A stretch of 64,000 bases of DNA from Candidatus Limnocylindria bacterium (lineage in GTDB: Bacteria > Chloroflexota > Limnocylindria > Limnocylindrales > CSP1-4). Of the stretch, positions 56,253 through 63,970 are shown in pieces (within the stretch, counting starts at the first letter, position 1; every line of letters begins with the position of its first letter). The DNA is taken from assembly GCA_035514295.1 (NCBI GenBank), contig DATKBB010000068.1, positions 135-64,134 on the forward strand, written 5' to 3'. The position numbers and the translations under genes are program-made. The notes beneath the pieces were generated by a model that searched no databases, was not told the origin of the DNA, and saw only the letters and a list, made by a program, of their open reading frames with translations.

Positions 56253-56603
56253 TCAGGGCAGGCTCTCCTGCTCCGGCCACCACGGGTCGCGCTCGTCGGC
56301 AGGCGGCAGCTCCTCCCAGTCCTCGCGGTCCGGCGCGAACACGTCTATTACGACGGTGCCCTCCGGCCCCATCGTGAGGGGCCACGTCGCGCACCTCGTC
56401 GCCGATCCGGAAGCGGCCACTTCCCTTCAGCACGATGCCCAGTTGTTCGTGCGGGTGGCGGTGCTCCGGAACGGTTGTGTTCGGATCGAGCTCGACCACG
56501 CGAACATGCAGCGCTGGCCGATGACGCGTCTGGCCCGGACGCCCTCCCATACCGCCAGCGCTTCCAGGTCCTCCAGCCGCGGCAGCTTCCGATCGCCCGA
56601 CAT
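56253..56603 (-). pseudogene. Decayed cupin-domain gene (two frame changes and a missing motif-2 segment)
   Basis: The frame starting at ATG 56603 gives MSGDRKLPRLEDLEALAVWEGVRARRVIGQR. The cupin motif-1 core (ALHVRVVELDPNTTVPEHRHPHEQLGIVLKGSGRFRIGDEVRDV) is in another frame. The first frame then resumes with GPEGTVVIDVFAPDREDWEELPPADERDPWWPEQESLP-stop (TGA 56253-56255). The usual PxGxxH block between these segments is absent. Confidence 0.6.
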
Positions 56604-56755
56604 GGCAAGCCCTCCCTGACGTCATATCATCGGACAGCGCCCAATGGAGGAGGGATTGTCGATGATCGCGCCCGAGGACGACCGCTTCCTTGTGGAGCGC
56701 GGCGAGACCGTCGAGGACTACCGACTCGTCACGCCAGGCCGGGACTGAGCGCGGC

Positions 56756-57112
56756 GTGACGGACCCGGAAGCGATCCGGGTGCGCCTGCGCGAGTACGCA
56801 CTCGGGTTGCCGGAGGCCTGGGAGGACCATCCCTGGGGCGAGACAGTGGCAAAGGTGCGCAAGAAGGTCTTCGTCTTCCTAGGCAGCGACGGCTCGGCCG
56901 AGCCGCGCATCTGGGTCAAGCTGGCCGAATCTCAGCCGCTGGCTCTGTCGCAGCCGGGTGTCAGTCCGGCCGGCTACAACCTCGGCAAGTCCGGCTGGGT
57001 CGACGTGAGGTTATCGGACGAAACGCCCTACGAGATGCTGCGCGAGTGGATCGACGAGAGCTATCGGGCGGTCGCGCCGCGATCACTCGAGCGTCAGCTT
57101 GGCGTGCGCTGA
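56756..57112 (+). CDS. MmcQ/YjbR-family protein
   Basis: GTG 56756. Motifs: RVRLREYALGLPEAWEDHPWGETVAKVRKKVFVFLG...WVKL...GYNLGKSGWVDVRL...REWIDESYRAVAP. Confidence 0.75.
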   Translation: MTDPEAIRVRLREYALGLPEAWEDHPWGETVAKVRKKVFVFLGSDGSAEPRIWVKLAESQPLALSQPGVSPAGYNLGKSGWVDVRLSDETPYEMLREWIDESYRAVAPRSLERQLGVR

Positions 57113-57254
57113 GTTCACCGGCGCGTGGATTGTGTCATTCGTCGGTCAGGCCGACGTAATGCTGAATCAGTCATCGTTCCGGCTCGTCTGCTCAGACTTC
57201 GCCGTGCTCCGCTGAGCCGGCCTAGACGGTCGGTCAGGCCGTTGGACGGGCGTA

Positions 57255-57339
57255 ATGTCGGCCCAGCCGACATTTGGCAGGAGATTCGGCGCGCGACCGA
57301 GTTAGTGTCGGCCCAGCCGACATCTGGCGGGAGGTCTGG
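57255..57339 (+). repeat. Two copies (50-nt period) of a 35-nt element, each starting with a 7-8-bp/3-nt-loop hairpin
   Basis: 57255-57289 is atgtcggcccagccgacatttggcaggagattcgg. 57305-57339 is gtgtcggcccagccgacatctggcgggaggtctgg. They are identical at 29 of 35 positions. The hairpin cores are ATGTCGGC-cca-GCCGACAT (copy 1, 8 bp) and TGTCGGC-cca-GCCGACA (copy 2, 7 bp plus a G-T wobble). A related hairpin cgtcgg-tcagg-ccgacg lies at 57140-57156. Confidence 0.85.
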
Positions 57340-57427
57340 GGCGACGCCATGCGCGTCAGGCGCGCCGGCCGCGGCTTGTGCGTTACGATGGCGCCTCCGA
57401 TAGCAGGTCCCCGCGCGTGGAGAGCCC

Positions 57428-58888
57428 GTGCCCAACGATCGCTTCGTCACCTCCATCACCCGCCAGTCGGACGACTTCCCCGGCTGGTACAACGACGTCG
57501 TCCTGCGCGCCCAGCTGGCCGACTACTCGCCCGTGCGCGGCTGCATGGTCATCCGGCCCTACGGCTTCGCCATGTGGGAATCGATGCGCGATGAGCTGGA
57601 CCGGCACATCAAGCGGACCGGCCACGACAACGTCTACTTCCCCCTTTTCGTGCCGCGCTCCCTGCTCGCGAAGGAAGCCGAGCATGTCGAGGGCTTCGAC
57701 CCGCAGGTGGCCTGGGTAACCCGCGCCGGGGGTGAGGACCTCAACGAGTGGCTTGCCATCCGGCCCACCAGCGAGGCGCTCATCGCAGAGGTCGTCAAGG
57801 ACTGGATCCAGTCCTACCGCGACCTGCCCCTGCTGCTCAACCTGTGGAATAACGTCGTGCGCTGGGAGCTGCGCACGCGGCTCTTCCTGCGCACGGCCGA
57901 GTTCCTGTGGCAGGAGGCGCACACCTTCCACGCCACCGAAGAGGAGGCGGCCGAGGAGGTGGCCACCGGCCTGGAGGCCTACCGGGCGGTGGCCGAGGAC
58001 TGGCTGGCCATCCCCGTCATCAAGGGCGTCAAGACGCGCAACGAGACATTCCCGGGAGCTGTGTACAGCCACGCCATCGAGGCCATGATGCGCGACACGA
58101 AGGCGCTCCAGGCGGGCACCAGCCACATGCTCGGGCAGAACTTCGCGCGCGCGTCCGGTATCCAGTTCCTGGACCGCGACAACACCCTCAAGAACCCCTA
58201 CGGCACCTCGTGGGGCTTCTCCACGCGCATGGTAGGGGCCACCATCATGGCCCACGGCGACGACTCCGGCCTGGTCCTGCCGCCCAACGTGGCGCCGACA
58301 CAGGTCGTCATCGTGCCCATCTTCCGCAAGGAGGAGGAGCGTCTGGCCGTGGCGCAGGCGATCGATCGGCTGGAGCGCGCGCTGTCGCGAGTGCAGACAG
58401 CATCCGGGCCGTTGCGCCTGAAGGTCGACTGGCGCGAGGAGTCGCCCGGCTTCAAGTTCAGCCACTGGGAGCTGCGCGGCGTCCCCTTCCGGCTGGAGAT
58501 CGGGCCGCGCGACGTCGCTGCCGGCCAGGCCGTGCTCGTGCGCCGGGTGGATCGGGCCAAGGAAACCATCAGCCTGGATGCCCTGGCCGCCGAGCTACCC
58601 GGCCGGCTAGCCGACTACCAGGCGCTGCTCTTCCAACGCGCCCTCGACTTCCGGACGGCTAACACGCACCGAGTCGACTCCTACGACGAGTTCAAGCAGA
58701 CGCTGGACGAGCGCGGCGGCTTCATCCTGGCCCATTGGTGCGGCGACGAGGAGTGCGAGAAGCAGATCAACGCCGACACCGGCTCGACGATCCGGGTCGT
58801 GCCCTTCGACTCGGAGGACGAGGCCGGCGCCTGCGTCCGCGACGGCCGGCCGTCGTCGGGACGGGTGCTCTTCGCGAGGGCCTACTGA
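57428..58888 (+). CDS. proS: Proline--tRNA ligase (short archaeal/eukaryote-like form without the bacterial insertion domain)
   Basis: GTG 57428. Motifs: FPGWYNDVVLRAQLADYSPVRGCMVIRPYGFAMWE...RPTSE...FLWQEAHT...GTSH.LGQNF. It ends with a C-terminal Zn-type domain (HWCGDEECE). Confidence 0.9.
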   Translation: MPNDRFVTSITRQSDDFPGWYNDVVLRAQLADYSPVRGCMVIRPYGFAMWESMRDELDRHIKRTGHDNVYFPLFVPRSLLAKEAEHVEGFDPQVAWVTRAGGEDLNEWLAIRPTSEALIAEVVKDWIQSYRDLPLLLNLWNNVVRWELRTRLFLRTAEFLWQEAHTFHATEEEAAEEVATGLEAYRAVAEDWLAIPVIKGVKTRNETFPGAVYSHAIEAMMRDTKALQAGTSHMLGQNFARASGIQFLDRDNTLKNPYGTSWGFSTRMVGATIMAHGDDSGLVLPPNVAPTQVVIVPIFRKEEERLAVAQAIDRLERALSRVQTASGPLRLKVDWREESPGFKFSHWELRGVPFRLEIGPRDVAAGQAVLVRRVDRAKETISLDALAAELPGRLADYQALLFQRALDFRTANTHRVDSYDEFKQTLDERGGFILAHWCGDEECEKQINADTGSTIRVVPFDSEDEAGACVRDGRPSSGRVLFARAY

Positions 58889-59565
58889 CCCGCGCCGCCC
58901 GCCACGGTCAGGTACAGCGCCAGCAGTATCGCTCCCATTGCCAGCGCCGCCGGCAGCAGCTGGCGCAACAGCAGGCTCTTACGCAGGTAGCGCCTGCCGT
59001 GGCGCTCGCGGTAGGTCGCATCGTGGCGCAGGTGATCGCCCACGCTGTGCACGCCGTCCGGCGCGCCGTGAGCATCGGCTCGCTCGTCCAGCAGCCGGCG
59101 GTGCTCATCGTAGGCGGCCTGCGGGCTGGAGCGCACGACGCGCGCGGTAAGGCCGGCGGCATCGAGGGTCTCGCCGAACGGATGCGTCGTCTGGAGCACC
59201 GATCCGTCGGCCAGCCAGGTCTCGAAGGAGACCAGCGGTCCAGGCTCGACTGCTGCAGCCATGGTGGTGCCAGGTCCGTCGACCAGCAACCAGATGGTGT
59301 GGCGCCGCTCGCGTCGGAGCACCGGCCCGAACAGCGACGTGTCGGGCAGGCTGACCTCCGTCTCGCCCAGCCGGCGGAAACCCACCAGGGCCAGTGCGCC
59401 GAGCAGCTGCGCCAGCTTCGCCGACGGCTGGCGCAGCTCGTCGCTGACGTTGCGCGGCCTGCGCTCGCTCGCGCCCAGGTAGACACGCAGGGCACTGGCG
59501 GCGTGCAGCACCACGAAGATGGCGAGCAGCAAGTAGAGCCCGCCGACCAGCCAGTCGAGGGTCAT
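58882..59565 (-). CDS. Hypothetical membrane protein (TM helices at both ends)
   Basis: 227-aa ORF. Its ATG overlaps the stop of the upstream DUF554-like gene (ATGA), and its 3' end overlaps proS tail-to-tail by 7 nt. No family recognised. Confidence 0.6.
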   Translation of the reverse strand: MTLDWLVGGLYLLLAIFVVLHAASALRVYLGASERRPRNVSDELRQPSAKLAQLLGALALVGFRRLGETEVSLPDTSLFGPVLRRERRHTIWLLVDGPGTTMAAAVEPGPLVSFETWLADGSVLQTTHPFGETLDAAGLTARVVRSSPQAAYDEHRRLLDERADAHGAPDGVHSVGDHLRHDATYRERHGRRYLRKSLLLRQLLPAALAMGAILLALYLTVAGGAGQ

Positions 59566-60122
59566 TCGATCAGGCCTCGCACCACGGCGGCCAGCTGGAC
59601 GAAGAGCGGTGCAAGGACAAGCGCGGGCAGCAGGTTGACCACCCGAACCTGCTTGACCTCCAGCAGGCGGAGGCCGACACCTACCAGCAGCAACCCCCCG
59701 ACGGCGCTGACGGCCCAGATGGAGGTGTCGTCGAAGCCGCTGGCCAGCAGCCAGGCCACCGTCGCGATTCCTCCCTGGACGGCCAGCACGGCCAGCGCGG
59801 ATAGGTAAACACCGGCACCCAGCGCCGTCGCGAACGCGACGCTGACCACCCCGTCGAGCAGGCTCTTGACCGACAGCAGCTGGATGTCGCCGGTCAGCCC
59901 GTTCTGGATCGAGCCAAGGATGGCCAGCTCGTCGCCCACGCGGGCCGCCGGGTCGCTGAAGATGCGCAATCCCAGCGCCGCGCCCAGCAGCAGCGTGAAG
60001 ATGCCCAGCGCATCGGTCAGCGTGGACTGCATGCGGGGCGGCATCCGCGAGCCGACCAGCAGCCCGACGGTCGTGCCGATCAGGACCGCCGCGACGTTGA
60101 GCAACGTGCCGGAAAGGAACAC
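59562..60122 (-). CDS. DUF554-like integral membrane protein (short form)
   Basis: GTG 60122 gives (M)FLSGTLLNVAAVLIGTTVGLLVG... then AILGSIQNGLTGDIQLLSVKSLLDGVVSVAFATALGAGV...AVGGLLLVGVGLRLLEVKQVRVVNLLPAL. The ORF-track start at 60188 would overlap the upstream gene. Confidence 0.65.
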   Translation of the reverse strand: MFLSGTLLNVAAVLIGTTVGLLVGSRMPPRMQSTLTDALGIFTLLLGAALGLRIFSDPAARVGDELAILGSIQNGLTGDIQLLSVKSLLDGVVSVAFATALGAGVYLSALAVLAVQGGIATVAWLLASGFDDTSIWAVSAVGGLLLVGVGLRLLEVKQVRVVNLLPALVLAPLFVQLAAVVRGLIE

Positions 60123-60129
60123 AGCGCGC

Positions 60130-63100
60130 TCAGTCCAGGAGCCGAAGCAGGCCGTCGGCGGAGAGGTCTCGAAACACGGCGCGCGCATCGTCCTGCGGAC
60201 CGCCCAGCAGGAGGTCCCGCTCGGCCAGGCATAGTCCTAGGTGCAGCGGAAGGCGCAGCTTGTGCCAGCGCGCGATGGCGCCCGCGTAGTCGCGCCGCGC
60301 CGTGGAATCGCCCGCCAGCGCCCTGCCTGCGGCGGTCGCGGTCAGCACGGTGGCGGCCGCGACCGGCCCGTGCAAGCGCAGCTCGGCCAGCTCGGCGGCT
60401 GCGCTGGCGAGTGCGTCCGCGTCTCGTGCCCAGGCTGCGGCGCGAGCCGCCAGCGCGAGCGCGCTCAATAGGTCGGCCCCCAGGAACTCCCCGGCGGCTC
60501 TAGCGGCGAGGGTCTGTGCCGCCCGGTGGTCGCGCGCCACGAACGCGATCCAGGCGCGCGCCATGTCACGATCGGCAAGGATCTGGCCGTCGACCAGAGC
60601 CTCGGGCGATCCTTCGTCGACCGGCGGCGGGGCGGCCGGCTCACCGCGAAGAGCGCGCAGCGACGCTTCCAGGCTCAGGAACTGGATGCGGTGCGCCGGC
60701 GCTTGCGGGCGGGTTCGCGCGACCTCGATGACGTCGAGTGCGTAGTCCCATTCGCCCGTGTCCATCGCCACGCGCGCCGCCACCAGGCTCAACTGGATCC
60801 ACATGTCGGCCATGCCCATCTCGGTCGCGAGCTCGACTCCGGCACGCGCCGTGGCCAGGGCGCGGTGAGGATCGTCCAGCACGGTCAGCCAGGCCAGATT
60901 GTTACGCGCGCGGAGTTCGCTGCCGGGCAGCGCCTGGGCGGCCGCCTTCTCGATCGCCGCCTGCAGATCGCGCAGCCCGGCGGCCCGCCGGCCAAGGCGC
61001 ACGCGGGCCGTGCCACGGGTGATGAGCGCGTCGAGCTCGACGGCCGCCAGCCCCAGCCGATGACCCGCGGCCAGCGTGCGCTCCGCCCAGCGCAGGCCGA
61101 CCTCCTCCTGGCCGACGAGCACGCGCCCGCGGGCCAGTTGCGCGGCCTGCTCGAGCCCGCCCGGATCGTCATCCAGGTCGGGGATCGAGCGCAGGGCGCG
61201 CTCAAGGTCGGCCAGCGCCGTGTCGTGTCGTTCGGTCGCCAACAGGAGGCTGGCCAGATTGGCCCGCGCTCGTGCGGCCTGCTCCAGCTGGCCGTGCTGG
61301 ATCTGCCACTCGAGCAGCCGGCGCAGGTACTGCTCGGCCAACTCGAAGCGACCGGCCGAGCGCGCCGCCTGGGCTGCCTCCGCCCAGAGTTCGTTCTGCC
61401 GGGAGGCGTCCTGGGCCAGTGCCAGGGCTCGTTCGAGGTAGGCCAGCGCCTGCCCCGGCGCATGCACCGCGGTCGAGCGATCCGCGGCCCGGCGCAGGGC
61501 AGCCAGCGCCCGCTCGGCCAGGAGCGGCGCGTCCGGGTCGTCCGGCGCGGCGGCGTGCGCCTTGAGCAGGTGCTCGGCGAGCTGTTCGACCGCGTCGACG
61601 TGCTCCTCCGACAGGTGCGCGGCCGCGGCGAGATGCAGCGCCCGCCGCTGTCTGCGCGAGAGGATGCGATAGGCGACGTCGCGCACGACGTCCTGGACGA
61701 AGGACAGCCGCTCCTCGGCGAGCTTGGCGTGACCTCCATCGAGCTTCAGCAACTCACGCCGCAGCAACAGCTCGAGCGGCTCGCGTATCGAGGCGGGCGG
61801 GACACCCCTGAGCACGGCCAGCGTGTGGGGCTCGAATCGGCTGCCGAGGACGGCCGCGGTCAGGAGCAGGCGGCGGGGAGCTGAGGGGAGGGCATCGACG
61901 CGCGCAGCCACCAGCGAGTGAAGTCCCTCTGGGATCTGCTCGCTCTGCACATCGCGCGAGCCGGCCAGCGTACGTGCCACTTCGACGCCGTACAAAGGCA
62001 CACCGCCGGCCCGCTCCATGACTGTCGCGATGGTGCTCTCCTGGAGTTGCGGCGCGAGGGCTCGCAGCAGCACCGTCATCGCTTCGTCCGATAGGCGGCT
62101 CAGCTGCAGAGCCGTGAAGGCGGCCTGGCCGACGCCCCAGCCGGGCCGCTGGTCGAGCAGCTCGGGCCGGGCCAGGGTCACGATCAGCAGTGGCTGATCG
62201 CGCGACCACGTCGCGAGGTACTCGATGAAGTCGAGCAGGACCGTGTCGGCCCATTGCACGTCCTCGAAGACCAACACCGTGGGAGCGCTGGCACACAGCA
62301 GCCCGAAGAAGCGGCGCCAGGCGGCGAACAGCTCGTCGCGCTCGTAACGCGTGTCGCTGGGCTGCAGCAGGGCCGCCAGGCGCGGCGTGAGCCACTCTCG
62401 CTCGCGCTGCTCGGTGACGAGACGTCGGAGCGCCTCCCCGACCTGCGCCTGCACGTCTCGATCAGAACCTTCTGCCGGCAGCGCGGCGTACCTGCGCAGC
62501 ATGTCGGCCAGCGGGGCGAACGTGACGCCCTCACCGTAGGACAGCGCGCGGCCGTGCAGCACGATCGGCGGCTGCGCCAGCGACTCGAGGTACCGTTCGA
62601 ACTCCCAGGCCAGCCGGCTCTTGCCGATGCCGGCAATGCCCAGCGCCGACACCAGCCGGCAGCGGCGCCGTTCGACCGTCCGCGCGAAGAGGTCCTTCAG
62701 CTCCCCGAGCTCTGCCTCTCGACCGACGAACGGGCCCGGGTGGCCGGCCGCCCGACCGGAGGGCGCCTCCAGCAGGCGGGTGGCACGCCAGACGCCGATC
62801 TGCTCGCGCTTGCCCTTCAGTGCCTGGAGCCCGATAGGCTCGAACTCCAAGGCCCCGCCCGCCGCCCGGCGAGTGGCAGCGTCGACCAGTACGCCGCCGC
62901 TGGGAGCGGCAGCCTGCAGGCGCGCAGCCGTGTTGACCAGGTCGCCCGACAGCATCCCTCGTCCATCGGCCAGCAAGGAGACGGCCGCCTCGCCGGTGGC
63001 GACGGCCGCCCGCGCAGCCAGCTGCAGCCGGCCGCCGCTCACGTCGGGAACGGCGCGCACGATGTCGCGTCCTGCGCGGACTGCCCGGACCGCGTCGTCC

Positions 63101-63504
63101 TCGCGCGCGCGGGGCGCGCCCCATACCGCCATCACCGCATCGCCGATGAACTTCTCGACAACGCCGCCGTAGCGTTCGACGACCCCTCGGGCAAGATCGA
63201 AGTACTCGTTTTGCAGGCTGCGGACGTCCTCTACGTCCAGTTGCTCGGCAAGAGGTGTGAAGCCCTCGAGGTCGACGAACAGCACCGACACGAGGCGGCG
63301 TTCTGCCGCCGCCTCCTCGGCTCGATCCCCAGCCTCGACGGCAGCCGGCTCGTCGGCGATCAGGGCGCCACAGTTGCCGCAGAAGCGCTGGCCCAGCAGG
63401 ACTTCGGCGGAGCAATGGGGACAGGCCGCCGTCAGGCCGGTGCCACACGCTGCGCAGAAGCGCGCTCCTGCGGCATTGGCGGCAGCGCAACTTGGGCAGC
63501 GCAT
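60130..63504 (-). CDS. Double zinc-ribbon / class III adenylate-guanylate cyclase / AAA(STAND-like) ATPase / TPR-repeat multidomain protein
   Basis: The N-terminus is CPSCAAANAAGARFCAACG...CPHC...FCGNCG. The cyclase core is VSVLFVDLEGFT...KFIGDAVMAVWG...GDLVNTAARLQ. The P-loop is ALGIAGIGKSRL, with VLVFEDVQWAD. The long helical-repeat C-terminus is Ala/Leu/Arg-rich. Confidence 0.85.
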   Translation of the reverse strand: MRCPSCAAANAAGARFCAACGTGLTAACPHCSAEVLLGQRFCGNCGALIADEPAAVEAGDRAEEAAAERRLVSVLFVDLEGFTPLAEQLDVEDVRSLQNEYFDLARGVVERYGGVVEKFIGDAVMAVWGAPRAREDDAVRAVRAGRDIVRAVPDVSGGRLQLAARAAVATGEAAVSLLADGRGMLSGDLVNTAARLQAAAPSGGVLVDAATRRAAGGALEFEPIGLQALKGKREQIGVWRATRLLEAPSGRAAGHPGPFVGREAELGELKDLFARTVERRRCRLVSALGIAGIGKSRLAWEFERYLESLAQPPIVLHGRALSYGEGVTFAPLADMLRRYAALPAEGSDRDVQAQVGEALRRLVTEQREREWLTPRLAALLQPSDTRYERDELFAAWRRFFGLLCASAPTVLVFEDVQWADTVLLDFIEYLATWSRDQPLLIVTLARPELLDQRPGWGVGQAAFTALQLSRLSDEAMTVLLRALAPQLQESTIATVMERAGGVPLYGVEVARTLAGSRDVQSEQIPEGLHSLVAARVDALPSAPRRLLLTAAVLGSRFEPHTLAVLRGVPPASIREPLELLLRRELLKLDGGHAKLAEERLSFVQDVVRDVAYRILSRRQRRALHLAAAAHLSEEHVDAVEQLAEHLLKAHAAAPDDPDAPLLAERALAALRRAADRSTAVHAPGQALAYLERALALAQDASRQNELWAEAAQAARSAGRFELAEQYLRRLLEWQIQHGQLEQAARARANLASLLLATERHDTALADLERALRSIPDLDDDPGGLEQAAQLARGRVLVGQEEVGLRWAERTLAAGHRLGLAAVELDALITRGTARVRLGRRAAGLRDLQAAIEKAAAQALPGSELRARNNLAWLTVLDDPHRALATARAGVELATEMGMADMWIQLSLVAARVAMDTGEWDYALDVIEVARTRPQAPAHRIQFLSLEASLRALRGEPAAPPPVDEGSPEALVDGQILADRDMARAWIAFVARDHRAAQTLAARAAGEFLGADLLSALALAARAAAWARDADALASAAAELAELRLHGPVAAATVLTATAAGRALAGDSTARRDYAGAIARWHKLRLPLHLGLCLAERDLLLGGPQDDARAVFRDLSADGLLRLLD

Positions 63505-63526
63505 CCCGCGAGGACGAGCCGCCCGG

Positions 63527-63970
63527 CTAGCCCTCTTCTTGGGGCGGCTGCTTGTGAATGAGCTGGCCGGCGTCCTGTCCGTCCTCGATGACCATCGAGC
63601 GAGTTATGAGCTTGGCCAGGGAGTTGTGGTGGTTCATCACCAAGGTGGCCATCTTGGTGTCCTGGGGCATGTTCTCGACACGCCCCTCGATGCCATCGAC
63701 ACGACCCGTCATGGCCTCGACGGGCAGGTGGATGAAGTACTCCGATTCGCGCACGCTGCTCTTGAACTGGGCGTAGTTGACCGTGAAGGGTGCCTCCAGG
63801 AACGCGTGGACGACCGGGTCCCGGCGAGCCTCCTCGGTGAACAGGCGCTCATCGTTTATGCGCACCCACCGATTGAAGCCCTCCTCCGGCCCAAAGCCCT
63901 CCTCGGCGCCGGCCGGGAATTGGTCGTATAGCTCGCGCGGGTCGAAACCGGGCTCGTCATCGATCGCCAT
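63527..63970 (-). CDS. Hypothetical acidic protein, unknown family
   Basis: GGAGG lies 8 nt before ATG 63970. The 147-aa ORF has visibly lower GC than its surroundings and ends 22 nt upstream of the cyclase gene on the same strand. Confidence 0.6.
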   Translation of the reverse strand: MAIDDEPGFDPRELYDQFPAGAEEGFGPEEGFNRWVRINDERLFTEEARRDPVVHAFLEAPFTVNYAQFKSSVRESEYFIHLPVEAMTGRVDGIEGRVENMPQDTKMATLVMNHHNSLAKLITRSMVIEDGQDAGQLIHKQPPQEEG

